NCBI GenBank assembly: GCA_964016885.1
Contig: OZ024742.1
Location: 264,802,001-264,866,000, forward strand
Length of the DNA: 64,000 nt
Direction: 5' to 3'
DNA from: Eledone cirrhosa
Taxonomy: Eukaryota
Shown: positions 1 to 12,399 of the stretch, piece by piece
Layout of the letters: each line of letters opens with the position of its first letter
Position numbering within the stretch: position 1 is the stretch's first letter
Position numbers and translations under genes: made by a program
The notes under the pieces: generated by a model
The model's database searches: none
What the model was told of the DNA's origin: nothing
The model's input: only the letters and a program-made list of their open reading frames with translations

Positions 1-110
1 TTGTTGATTTAGAAAAGGCCTTTGACAGAGTACCTTGATCTATTATCTGGTGGTCCTTAAGGAAATTAGGTGTAGAAGAATGGCTTGTGGGAGCATTGCA
101 AGTTATGTAC
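1..110 (+). mobile_element. RTE-clade LINE reverse transcriptase fragment (cut by window edge)
   Basis: Translates to VDLEKAFDRVP*SIIWWSLRKLGVEEWLVGALQVMY, matching the RT segment of the RTE copies at 10402-11430 and 25349-25870; contains an in-frame stop. Confidence 0.85.
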
Positions 111-1203
111 CAAACACAAATACTTGGGCATTTGTATAGAGACATCAGTGTAGCAAGGAGTTGACCATCGATCTCATACAACTGCAGAACCTTCCACAGA
201 AGGTCCCAAGGAACGTGGTCATATGCTTTTACAAGGTCGACAAAACAAGAATACACCTCTTGGCAATACTCCCACAATTTCTCGAAGACTTGTTGCAGTG
301 TGAATATTTGGTCAGCTGTGCTGCATCTGGGGCAAAACCCACATTGTTCATCAGCTAGCCTGAATTCGACAATATCACTACATCTCTTTGCCAGACAGTT
401 AACATAGACTTTACTGGAGAGGCTTAACAAGGAGATCTCTCTGTAATTGGAACAATGTCTCTTGTCTCCCTTTTTGAATATTGGGCTCATCACTCCTGAT
501 TGCCATTGCTTAGGTGCCTTTCCAAAGATCCAAGTTACCCAGCACACAGGAGTCAGCCAGGGAATGCTTTCTGTATTTAAGCCTTTTAATATCTCAGGTT
601 GGATTTCATCTTCCACAATGGCCTTGCCACATTTGAGCTCTTTAACTGCTCTTGTGACCTCAGCCTTTGAGAGATTAGTCACCACTCCTAGATGCACCTC
701 GTGTACATCAGAAGAGTTGTTGTGATCAGGTTTAGACGATCAGCAAAGTATTCTCTCCACCTCGCGAGAATCCTAGATGTCTTCTTGATAGCAGGTGTGA
801 AGGAGGGCTTCTTCATACAGTCAGTGGATGGTCTGCCAGAACATTTTATTTACTGATCTGGTTGGATTCCAGTTTAACCCCAAAGTCCTCCCATGTCTAC
901 TCCCATGAGCTGCTACTTCTCTGAATTGAGAGATCACAGCTTCGATACTATGAGCATGTGCTTAGAATGCCTCAGGAAAGAATCTTTGGACAGATTTTAT
1001 GGGCCAAACCAACCAGCAGCAGGAGATCCAGGGGTAGACCCCGAGCAAGATGGTTGGATAACATCCATTAGTTAGTTGGTCTCACTTGGGAATCCAGCTG
1101 GATCAGTTGGTGATGGTTGCTTCTGACAGGACCTAGTGGATGGAATGTTTGAGAACTCTGCCCCTATGACCCTCTCAGGAATAAGTGGGGGAAGAAGAAG
1201 AAA
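108..1203. mobile_element. RTE-like LINE relic with inverted 5' part (RT on - strand ~108-895, C-terminus/3' end on + strand ~907-1203)
   Basis: - strand reads EQCGF..STADQIFTLQQVFEKLWEYCQEVYSCFVDLVKAYDHVP; + strand reads LLL*IERSQLRYYEHVLRMP..RSRGRPRARWLD and ends in a GAAGAAGAAG tail. Confidence 0.8.
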
Positions 1204-3499
1204 ATTTCCTTATATTAAAGTAGTAACTTAATATATGATTCTTATACAAAATTATTTGAATCTAAATGAGAATCCTTTAAAATATGTGGTTTTGTTTGGT
1301 AGAACAAGAGCTGGCTTTGGTTGGGTTTGTGTGAAAAGGGTTTAATATGAACACTTCAGTATTATTGGGTGTGCTCAGGAGCTGGTTGGTATTATAAGAG
1401 GTAATTTAATCATTGTACAGACTACATGTTGATGCAGTACTATCAACATTATACTTGCACCCTTCAAAAATGAGATTTATCACATTGGTTTAACATTTCA
1501 GAATCTGGAGCTAATATGTTTCCTTGCCACCATGGTTTGAGACAGGAAGTTTTATGCAGGTTTTCTATGGCTTGGTACTATTCTTTACACAAACCCATCC
1601 CTTATTATTATTTTTTTTTAATATGTTTAATTGAATATGTTATTAATATGTTATTAATGACCATTATACTGCAGGATGTATTGTTTATGGGAGACATAAA
1701 CAATGTCACTGCTGGCTTTAGTAAATGGTGTCAATATGACATGTTGATGTGATTAGCTTACACCCATACTCACACATATACACACACCTCACACACATAG
1801 TACCCATAAAAAAAGGGAGCGTATAGAAAAAAATATTTTATTTAATATAATTTATCACAACATTCTATGTGAAGATGTTTAAATCCCCAACTTTTCCTTG
1901 ACCTTCATGGTTTTCAATCAGCCTTCTCCACCTCTTCATTCTGGTCATCACTATATTTTGTAATTTACTTACTACTACAATAACAACACAAACAAATCAA
2001 CTCTGATTAGTAAGTAGGTAGATAGATGTGTATATAGATAGGTAGGTACATAATTAAGTACATAGATAGATGGACAGATAAATAGGTGCTGTTGTTATTG
2101 GTGTTGTCTGACTGTATTGCTGCATTGTCAATACCTATTTTAGTTGGTTTTTGTTATTGTTTTAAACAAAGACAACAGTAAGAGAAGTCAATTTGAAATA
2201 AAAGTAAGAGAGCAGGAATGTCTTTCTACTTTCTACTTGCTGACATGTTTTAACAATAATTTTCTTTTTGTTTCATTTAAAAATACTGATTTCTAAAGTA
2301 ATATAGTTAATATGTAGCATTGTGAGATATATACTGGGTAAGAAAAACATTACTTTGTTTTGTTTTATTTATCATCCTTTTCCCTTTATATATTTCTACC
2401 ACATTGTACTGGCTTTCTTATCAGTCATATACATATACTGATTTCTAAGCTTTTGTCAAAAGACCATAAATTCACAAGCAGGTGTTATCAATTTAAGTGA
2501 ACCTCTAAACATAACTGATATTTATATAACAAAATATTGCAAAACATTTTGTCCAGCAGTTTGCCATTTTCAACAACCCAAATCCATCAGTCTTTGTTTA
2601 GAAATATATATATTTTTTTAATTATGTTTTAACAGAAGACTTGTATGTGAAGATTTTTTCATGAGGCATAATGTTTTGAAGCAAAAATGATGACCTACTA
2701 ACTATAGAGCCATGTCCATTCCATTCTAGTATGGAAAATTGATGCAAAAAACAAAACAAAACAAACACAAAATATTAAAAGAAAAAAAATTCCAATGCAA
2801 AATTCAGTTTGTGAGAAAGATTTAAATAATCCTTATGTAATTCATAACAGTCTATATGTAATGTATAGAAAAATTACTTCGGGGACATATGAGATATTTG
2901 TGATTTAATATGTCTTTGCAGTTTCATGAGTAATTTGCATATTAATACCAGTAGTGACAAAGACAATATCTACAACAAAGAACATAACAGCAATAAAAGC
3001 GTCAATATCATTGAGAGTATGATGACAATAGCATATTAAAATAACAACAGCAACAACAAATGTGTCTATGATATGTAACCTATATTTTTTTCTAAATCAT
3101 TGTTAGTAGCTTTATTTAATTGCTTTTGTTTTGTTTTGTTTTTTTTCTTCTCATCTAATAGCCTGTGTTTACGTAGGTTGAACAGCTTTACGTCATCATC
3201 ATCATGTCCATTTTTCCATTCTTGCATGGATTAGATGTGTCTTCTCCAGTACAATATCTCCCTACTTCTCTCTTTTATTTGTCATCTCCTTTGTGCAGTG
3301 TAACATCTTGAGATCAGTTTTCACCATCTCTGCCCACGTCTTTCTTCAATACACATTTACACATTGAAATATTTAAATTTAAAATGTATTTTATTCTAAT
3401 TTGTAAAACGAGAAGTTGTGTCTATCTCCCGCAACAACTTATTTAAATATGTCAACGCTAACTTAGTCAATATATTGTGAGACCCTCATTAAATTAATG

Positions 3500-3735
3500 T
3501 GTAAGTGGTTGAGTATTCCAGAGACACATATACACTTAATGTAATTCTATGACTGAATCAGCGTGATAAAATATGATTAAGCTATACAGTTTTAGTATAG
3601 CTAATTTCACTCACAAGGCTTAGGTTAACCCAAGGTTATGGTAAAAGAAATTTTACCACAAGATGCTACACAGTTAGATCAAATGAAGGATGTCATGCCT
3701 GAAAAGTAAGCTTCTTAACCATTCAACTATACCTT
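3500..3735 (-). mobile_element. Degenerate tRNA-derived SINE (family C)
   Basis: Reverse complement shares the GCCTTGTGAGTGAAATT core with the + copy at 41380-41520; tRNA-like head at the high-coordinate end. Confidence 0.45.
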
Positions 3736-4029
3736 CATTCACAGACCAAGATAGAAATCTTCATACACTATGCATGAACGAAAAAATGAAGAATCTGGTG
3801 TGTCTGGAATTTTTTTTTATTTTTCTTTTATGTCGCACACACCACGATCTCGCCTCATACTGTAAACCAGAAAAAACATCCAATACAGTCGTTTTCTCTT
3901 CTACCGGTCTTCTCTTATCATATCTTTACCTGGACAAAGCCAGGTACCTCAGCTAGTTTATATATATAGAAAAACGAATGTTAAAAAGGATGATTTTGAT
4001 GTTAATAATATACATATATATATATATAT

Positions 4030-4473
4030 GGTGAAGGTGTATGGCTTAGTGGTTAGTGGGCTTGCAATCGAAAGGTTGTGAGTTCAATGCTCGGACCGAG
4101 TGATGTGTTGTTTCCTTGAGCAAGACACTTTATTTCACATTGCTCCAGTTTACTCAGCTGTAGAAATGAGAGGATAGGACTGGGGTCCCTATCATTCCAC
4201 TGCAAAGTGGTCGTGGAGGTACAACGACAAAAAAGCACCCAGCCCACACTGTAAAGTGGACGTATAGGCGCCACGGTAAAAAAGCACCCAGCACTCACTG
4301 TAAATGAGGTTGGTGTTAGGAAGGGCATCCAGCTGTAGAAATAAAGCCAGAATCAGTTTCCGTATGAGCAAGACAAGGTCAGCCGACCGGACACTGCTCA
4401 CAACAGGACAACCCGTCTAACCCATGCTAGCATGGAAGAACGGATGTAAAACGGTGATGATGATGATGATGAT
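4030..4473 (+). mobile_element. tRNA-derived SINE (family A) with RTE-derived 3' tail and (TGA)n end
   Basis: Pol III A box TGGCTTAGTGG, B box GAGTTCAATGC, central CCTTGAGCAAGACACTT motif; ~4195-4473 is nearly identical to the RTE 3' UTR at 54695-54925; preceded by (TA)n. Confidence 0.85.
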
Positions 4474-4735
4474 ATGTATGCATGTATGTATTTTTTTTAT
4501 TTATGTGTGTATGTATGTATGCATGCATGTATGTATTTATGTATGTATGCATACGTGTATGTATATATGCATACGTGTATGTATGTATGTATGCAAGCAT
4601 GTAAGTATGTATGCAAGCATGTATGTATATATGCATGTGTGTATCTATGTATGCAAGAATGTATGTATATATGCATGCATGTATGTATGTATGCATGCAT
4701 GTATGTATGTATGCATGCATGCATGTATGTATATG
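4474..4735. repeat. Degenerate (TATG/CATG)n microsatellite
   Basis: Direct reading; it generates several stop-free spurious ORFs. Confidence 0.9.
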
Positions 4736-6104
4736 TCTGGCTGTCTGTGTCTACATTTACTCCAGATAACAACCAGTGCTATTTGCTTATGTCCTACATC
4801 CCATAACTTAGTGGCCTGACTGATAGAGATCAATAAATTAAGTACCAAGCTATTTTAAAAAAATAAGTATTGAGTTCAATATGATCAACTAAACATTTGA
4901 AGGAGGTACCCCATCATGACTAGAAAATTTACTGAAATTAGTAATATAAGAAAATAAATAAGAAACACACATACCAGTGGTGTATGTACAATTTAATGCA
5001 GTGGCAGATTAGTGGGGTGGTATGTCTGACTTGGTTGCAGCAAGGGCCCCACAATATTTAAAAAGCTCCCAAATTAATATTTTTGTGTCCATAAATAATA
5101 TAACTAGATGAATCTCATGATAAGGAAGGAAGGAGAACATGATGTGTACATGGAAGGAGAACATTTGTGTACATGACAGACAATAGCTAATATATGCCTC
5201 CTCTTTCACTAGTAAATTAAAATTTGTTTTATGAAAGTCTCCCCACCAAACCTGCCTCATTCCAGGTGAAATATTTAGTCAGAAACCTCATGCAAGTTTA
5301 ATCTGCTTCTGAGTGAATGACATAAGATAGATTTAAACTGGTGTCTTTGTGTTTTATAGCATAGATTATTGGACTATAAGTGAAATGCTGAGTGGCACAT
5401 TCATTTACTTTTGGTATGTCAGATTGAAACAAGTGGAGATAAAAGAGGGAAACTTAATCTATATTTGAACTCCTATTCTGTGGATAAATTGTTCAACACA
5501 TTTAACTCACACTCGCTATATCTCTAATGGTGTATGTTTTGAGCTGGCTTTTTTCTTTTATTTCATTTTTTTTTTTCCTGATATAATTTGAGATAATTGC
5601 ATCAATGTCAGAAATATTTACTCATCTTTGTAAAAGAATATTGTTGTTGTTGGCATTGTTACTGTTGATATTGTCATTTAATGGCAAGTTTATGAGGAGG
5701 AAATCACGGGAAGCTATTAATTTGAAACTATTTTCATCCTCACAAATTCTGGCATAGAGTGCAAGTCGTGATGTGTTCCACAATTGCTTAAAGTATAAGA
5801 TGTATGTGGATAGAGATGGGTGAGCCTTTTCTATCATTTCATCTAAACACACATACACACACATATGTATGTATAAATGCTGATACAAACACAAATATGA
5901 GAGCACGTATATATAAACATAAGAATGCATACAAGCATATGCAAGCATAAATAGCATATATGTGAATCACACATCTACCTGTAAACATATGCTTACATAC
6001 AAAATACTCATTTATGCACATGCACCTGCATACACATATACTTAAATTGCATTGATTGTACCAGGTGCAATGTGTATATATATATACTGATTCTTTGTTC
6101 CCTA

Positions 6105-6139
<35 letters not shown>

Positions 6140-6342
6140 GGGCGGTGAATTGGCAGTATCGGTAGAGGGTTGGACGCCATGCTTTCTAGCATAGTTACGT
6201 CCCTTTACAGTCTGAGTTCAAATCCTGCCGAGGTTAACTTTGCCTTTCATCCTTACGGGGTCGATAAAATAAAGTACCAGTAATGTACTGGGTAATTGCT
6301 GGCCTTGTGCCTAAAGTAGAAACAATTATTATTATTATTATT
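6140..6342 (+). mobile_element. SINE family B with (ATT)n tail
   Basis: TGGCAGTATCGG (A box-like), GAGTTCAAATCC (B box), GTTAACTTTGCCTTTCATCC..GGTCGATAAAATAAAGTACC core; about ten copies in the window. Confidence 0.85.
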
Positions 6343-6613
6343 GTTCTTTGAGTCTCAGTCATTGATGGAAAGTTTGTTGAAATGAATATCAATCTACTAC
6401 CTGCAGCCTCAGATATTCAGGACATATCTGAGGGTTCTTGCTGTTCCCAGCAAGCATGCCTTTTACATTCCATGACAGTTCTATTCAATTCTTTCGTCCA
6501 GCTGGTTCTTGTCCCTTTCTTTTTTCTTCTTCCTCCAACACCAGTAGTATTTGGATGACAGCCAGGTCCCTGCTGCTGGGCCAGGGAGCACTTGCTGGGT
6601 GAGAGTCTTTCAC
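6343..6613 (-). mobile_element. Short internally deleted derivative of an R4/Dong-like LINE
   Basis: 6343-6464 matches the 3' end of the copy at 7095-7899 (KACLLGTARTLRYVLNI* plus UTR); 6465-6613 encodes GPGCHPNTTGVGGRRKKKGTRTSWTKELNRTVMEC, an R4/Dong-type N-terminus; (TAA)n on both sides. Confidence 0.7.
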
Positions 6614-6635
6614 ATTATTATTATTATTATTATTA

Positions 6636-7054
6636 CAGTTGCATTTATCTTACTTTATGTTCATACGAGTTATCACCAAGTCACAACCAGTGACCTCAAG
6701 AGACAACAAGGTCCGCCATGTTCAAGAAAGAACATACATACACACACATGCATCTTTAGGTGTTTAGACTTGTGATGTACTTATATTGACAGAATCTTCC
6801 TTAGTGTATGGGCAGTTCCCATTAATACTATCTTTTGTATTTCTCCTATACGCGGGTTTCCTGGGATTTGCGATAAGTAATCATTAGACCCTTAGGTATC
6901 ATTCCTAGAGCGCCTACAACCACTGGTATTGTTTTAGTTCTCAATTTCCACATTTTTCCAATTTCTATCTCCAGGACCTTATACTTGCTCAATTTTTCAA
7001 ATGTTTTTATAGATACATTCTTGTCTATTGGAACGGACATATCAATTAGCAGGC
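6636..7054 (-). mobile_element. R4/Dong-like LINE 3' fragment, second family (restriction-like endonuclease C-terminus)
   Basis: LIDMSVPIDKNVSIKTFEKLSKYKVLEIEIGKMWKL..IPVVVGALG, then KIVLMGTAHTLRKIL; flanked by (TAA)n. Confidence 0.8.
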
Positions 7055-7063
7055 TATTATTAC

Positions 7064-7094
<31 letters not shown>

Positions 7095-7899
7095 GTTCTT
7101 TGAGTCTCAGTCATTGATGTTATTTAACTGGAAAGTTTGTTGAACTGAATATCAAGCCACTACCTGCAGCCTCAGATATTCAGGACGTATCGGAGGGTTC
7201 TTGCTGTTCCCAGCAAGCATGCCTTTTGAAGTGTTCCAAAAAGCGTGGCGGGACCAATTTTCTTTAACCATCCTTGGAAACTCTTTGAGATAGTACCTAG
7301 TGCGCCTATGACAATCGGGACCACTTTGACCTCATGGCAGTTCCAAATCCTTTTTACCTCCCACTTTAAGTCCTGGTATCGGTTAATTTTCTCCCTCTCC
7401 TTCTCTTGCACTGTCGTGTCGAATGGGCAGGCCACATCCACAATCAGACACAATCTTTTTCCCTTGTCCAAAACTACCAGGTCAGGTCTATTGTGTTCCA
7501 GTTTCTTGTCCGTCTGTATCCTAAAATCCCACAGCACCTTCACCTGATCGTTTTCCATCACCGACTCTGGCTTATGCTCATACCACTTCTCAGAATGTGG
7601 TAAATGTTTACTTTGCATAGGTGCCAGTGAATCACCCTGCCCATCACATCATGTCTCCAGCCTTTATAGTGAGTCTGGGCTAGGTGTTTACACTCAGATA
7701 CAATGTGATCCACAGTCTCCTCTCTCTCTCCACAGATCCTACACAGTGTGCTAGCCTCCTCCTTGTAAATATGGTGTTTCAGCCACTTCGTTTTGAGGGC
7801 CTGCTCTTGCGCAGCCATTAGCATTCCTTCTGTAGCCTTTTTAAGGTCTCCTCTTTTCAACCAGTTCCATGTCTGTGGATCTCTAAATTCAGTTTTCTC
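7095..7899 (-). mobile_element. R4/Dong-like non-LTR retrotransposon, 5'-truncated (CCHC knuckle plus restriction-like endonuclease), one frameshift
   Basis: ORFs 7558-8028 and 7172-7618: WLKRGDLKKATEGMLMAAQEQAL, CRICGEREETVDHIVSEC, RHD, WDFRIQTD..HNRPDLVV..D..EK..RY, VVPIVIGALG; (TAA)n at both ends. Confidence 0.9.
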
Positions 7900-8149
7900 A
7901 TTATTATTATTATTATTATTATTACATATGAAATTAATTTGCGTATCACAACACTTCAGTATGCAGAGTAGAGCACTGAATGAAGTGGGCAGGTGGGTCT
8001 GTTTACTCTGGAGTATATTTATAAACATGAAGTATAAATCAACAGGTTAAAATTAACTTCGTTTATTCATAGTCACCGTTATATATATTTCGGAGATAAC
8101 CTTTATGCAACAGCTCTGACCTCATTAGACAGCTAGAATTTGAAGAGAG

Positions 8150-8997
8150 AGAGAGAGAAACTAGGCATGAGAGGGATCAGATGCAGTGTGCAAGAGAGGA
8201 GAATGTGTTGGTATGGACATATGATGTGTATGAAGGATGACAGCTGCATAAAAATGTGCTGGGCACTCAAGGTTGATGGAAGTTATAGTATAGGAAGACT
8301 TGGGATGAGGAGATAAAAGCTGATCTTGCACAATTGCGCCTCCCGAAGGCGGTAACTGGCATTATTAAACTAATATAGAAGACCTGCTTTCCCATCTTTC
8401 CCATGTGTTTGGGTTGAAGCCTACATCTTCTTTGCACTACCCCCCCCCCCCCCACACACATCCTAACACCCTGACCTTCATTCACGTCCCTTCCTTCCCA
8501 CTTGCATATCCCATTTCCTAACATTCCACACATGTCCTAACACCTCACTCTTCATCCACGCCCTTACACCTCCACCCCTCTCCTGACAAGTGCCCCACTC
8601 TAGATTTACTTCACCAATCCTCGTGTACCTCGCCTTCCTCAGCCCCCAGTGTACTGTAAAATGATCGTTTTGGTGTCACAACAAAAAGTACCCAGTCAAC
8701 ACTAATGTGGTCATGACAAAAAGCACCCAACCCACACTGTAAAGTGCTTGTGTATGTGTCATGACAAAAAGCACCCAACCCACACTGTAAAGTGCTTGTG
8801 TATGTGTCATGACAAAAAGCACCCAGTCCACGTTGTATATGTGATTGGCAATAGGAAGGACATCCAGTTGTAGAAACCAAGCCAGAAACAGTTTTGTACA
8901 AGCGAGAGACAGTCATCTGATCTGGCTTGTCTCACAGAAGGACAACTCATCTAACCCATGCTAGCATGGAATAATAGATGTTAAACAGTGATGATGC
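8150..8997 (+). mobile_element. RTE LINE 3' fragment with 48-bp tandem units in the 3' UTR
   Basis: KLGMRGIRCSVQERRMCWYGHMMCMKDDSCIK; 48-nt periodic unit starting at 8710, 8758 and 8806; CCCATGCTAGCATGGAA..GATGATG end. Confidence 0.8.
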
Positions 8998-9097
8998 AGA
9001 TGTTATGTGTATGTATAAATCTATATGCATATATGTTTTTATGTGTGTTTCAGACAACCATATAGTTACTTCCTACTTCTGTTTTATATATATATAT

Positions 9098-9435
9098 GGA
9101 GGCACATGGCTTAGTGGTTAGAGCATTGGCCTTGCAATCGAAAGGTTGTGAGTTCAATTCTCAGACCGGGTGATGTGTTGTTTCCTTGAGCAAGACACTT
9201 TATTTCACATCGCTCCAGTTTACTCAGCTGTAGAAATGAGATGACAGGGACTGGGGTCCATATCATTCCACTGCAAAGTGGTCGTGGAGGTGCCACAGCA
9301 AAAAAGCACCCAGCACTCACTGTAAATGAGGTTGGTGTTAGGAAGGGCATCCAGCTGTAGAAATCAAGCCAGAATCAGTTCCCGTCCCACCCTTGCAAGC
9401 AGGGAAAAGTGGACGTAAAATGAAATGATGATGAT
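9098..9435 (+). mobile_element. SINE family A with chimeric RTE tail
   Basis: Same head as 4030 and 14566; RTE 3' UTR segment followed by a terminal ~55 nt most similar to the 3' end of the RTE at 24209; (TA)n both sides. Confidence 0.85.
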
Positions 9436-9449
9436 ATATATATATATAT

Positions 9450-11599
9450 ATCATCATCATCATCATCATCATCGTTTAACGTCCATCTTCCACGCTTGCA
9501 TGGGTTTGGACGAGAATTTTCCCACTTGAGGCAAGATTGGTTGTCTTGCTCGTATAGGACTGTCTGGCGGGTTTTCTACACACGGCCACATTACAGCGCG
9601 GACTGTGTATTTTTTTGTCGTGACACCTACACGACCTCATTTATTTTGGACTGGATGTTGTGGTACCAACATAACTTTACATTGAAAGGGGTGGTGTGGA
9701 TGCGGGGGGGGGGGGTTATTTTTGTTAGAGGTGCCTACTGACTGTAGGTTTCGCTTTGTACTTAGGCAAGGTGGGTCTTCTGCGTTACTGTGTAGCGCCA
9801 AAGATCTCGGTCCAGTGACATTGTCTTGGAGAGGTGTAAGTGTGTGAGGTCGGAATTTATCAAGTTGTCCCAGGTTTTTCTGGGTCTGCCTACTCCGTGG
9901 CTACCGTCTATTTTTATCGCCCTGCACTTTTTTATACAGCTGTCGTCTTTCATGCGCATCACGTGACCGTACCAACGTAGTCTTCTCTCGAGTAAACAAC
10001 ATCTGATCCCTCTTATTCCTAATTTCTCCATTATTTCGTTTATGCTTTGCCGTTCACGTATATTACTATTACACATCCAGCGGAGCATGCAAGCTTCGTT
10101 CCTCTCCAGTCCGCATATATCCTTTGCACACAATGCCCAAGCCTCACTGCATGTAACATTGTTGTTCGTATGCAGGCATCATACAGCCTGCCTTTCATTT
10201 TTAGAGAGAACCCTTTAGCGCCCAATAGTGGTATAAGCTCTCTGAACTTTTTCCATCCCGTTCTGACTCTAGCTATTGTACTTTCAGAGCACCCTCCACC
10301 GCTGCTGATTTTGTCACCCAGGTAACGGAAGGTGTCCACTATTTCTATAGAACCATCTGTGCAATGGAATGAGCTAGTATTCTGTGGGCACTTGCTGCTA
10401 CTTATTGCACCTGAGCACCGGCCACATCAAAATCTATATTCTTAGTTAGCTTACCTGTGATCCCACATCTTTTATGCACCCATACTTTGAATTTGGGACA
10501 TAAAATGGAATTTCTGCCTACTCCTTTCCTACAGACTGAGCATGGCCATTTCCCAGATGGGACTGGTGCCCTATTTTCTTTCCTACAAACTAGAACTTTA
10601 GTCTTAGACAGGTTAATTTTAAGGCCTTTTGATTCTAGGCCATGCTTCCATGTTTGAAATTTCTTCTCTCGTTCAGCCATTGATTCAGCTATGAGCGTTA
10701 GATCATCTGCGTATAGGAGCTCCCATGGGCAGCCGGTCTTGAACTCCTCTGTTATAGCCTGAAGGGCAATAATAAATAAGAGGGGGCTAAGAATGGAGCC
10801 CTGATGAACACCAACTTTTACGCTAAACTCTTCACCATATTTGTTGTTAATTCTAACCTTGCTGACTGTTTCTTTATACATGGTTTGTATAGCTCTCACA
10901 AGCCATTCATCAACACCTAGTTTTCTAAGAGCCCACCAGATAATGGAGCGGGGGACTCTGTCAAAGGCTTTCTCCAAGTCAACAAAAGCTAAGTATAGGG
11001 GTTTACTTTTAGCTAGAGACTTCTCCTGTAGTTGTCGTACAATGAAAAGAGCGTCTGTGGTACTTTTACCTGACACTAACCCGAACTGCATTTCATCTAG
11101 ATCAATTCGCTCTCTGATTAGTTGCGCTATTACTTTTTCTGTGACCTTCATGACCTGGTTGATTAATTTAATGCCTCTATAGTTACCCCTATCTAGGACA
11201 TCTCCTTTACCCTTGTAGCAGTTAATGATGATGCTGCTACGCCAGTCCTTCGGAACGACCCCATTCTGTATGACTTGGATTACTATCCGGGTGACCATAG
11301 TGTGTCCCACCGTTCCAGATGCTTTCAGCATTTCAGCAACTATTTCTGAAGGCCCAGCCGCCTTACCCGTCTTCATATCTTTGATTGCCTTACTTATTAT
11401 ACTACCTTCAACTTGCACTGCTGGTCCAGAAATAGCCGTCCAGAAATGGAGTCCAGAAATGGAGTCCAGAAATAGCCATCGAAATGACTTGAGCTCTGTC
11501 GTTGGGGTCATACATTTTCCTATTACCCACTCTACTACCCTAAGTATTGAGTACTCTGGTGCGTTATGGTCCATCTGGTTCCTTACCACAACTCCTTTG

Positions 11600-11600
<1 letters not shown>
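9450..11600 (-). mobile_element. RTE-clade LINE, 5'-truncated and frameshifted (RT + PHD-like finger + C-terminus + 3' UTR)
   Basis: ORF 10402-11742: NYRGIKL, FVDLEKAFDRVP, GVHQGSILSPLLF, LYADDL; continued by ORFs 10040-10339 (RYLGD) and 9762-10133; (TGA)n tail at 9450-9473; (TA)n both sides. Confidence 0.92.
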
Positions 11601-11636
<36 letters not shown>

Positions 11637-12399
11637 TGGGGGAAGGGTGTATGTTGTATGTGTGTGTGGGTGAGTATATGTGAGTATGCCAGTCACTACA
11701 AACAGCATGTAAACACCCTTTATAAAAGCCAAATGCTAACATTGTTTATGTCCCTCATAAACAGTATCTCCTGCAACATAGTGGTTGGATGGACATGTGG
11801 CAAAAAGAAAATATATGAAGAAGTTGTAAGATAATATCTGAAGATGCCAGACCACACCAACAAAATGTATAAGATCAAGTCAAGTAGCTATTTTCTCTAT
11901 TGAAGACCCATCCATGTCGGCATGGAAAAGCAGACATTAGTGTAATGATGATTTAAATTATTGTGTTTACAAATGTTTAAGAGATTTAAATTACTTAATC
12001 AATATTTCATTTATCACCTGCAAATATGGTAGACAGACTTAATTGGCTGACTATTCATTATCATAAATATCTGTTGTTCGAAAATGAACCTTATTGACTT
12101 ATGTTATAGTAAGAAGAAATGATGTTGTGGAGTGCATGCCTTTTGAAAGGTACTAATAATGTAACAGAAATGAAATAATACCAATCAGGAAATCAAAGAA
12201 TCATATTTCAGATTTATCGCAATAGGACGTTTCCAACTATTCTGTGCTGATGACTAACTAATTTATCAAATTACTAATAAAACATGTAAATTCATTCATT
12301 AGTAAATAGATGTATAAAGGAACAGAATTGCTTAAAATCTTCAGATACCATAGATTACATGAAGACAAAATTCAGTTGTCTGTCTTCCTGTTTTATTGT

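Noticed and set aside
4424-4848. Five overlapping MYVC/HTYI ORFs
   Set aside because: Artefacts of the (TATG)n microsatellite.
9098-9172. tRNA-like sequence (also 4030, 14566, 32820)
   Set aside because: Has A/B boxes but continues into a SINE body and LINE tail; treated as SINE heads, not tRNA genes.
10402-11742. 446-aa ORF as an intact or domesticated RT gene
   Set aside because: Its N-terminal ~105 aa come from flank, (TA)n and junction stutter; no endonuclease; frameshifts follow. The N-terminus of ORF 53120-53926 is likewise flank-derived.
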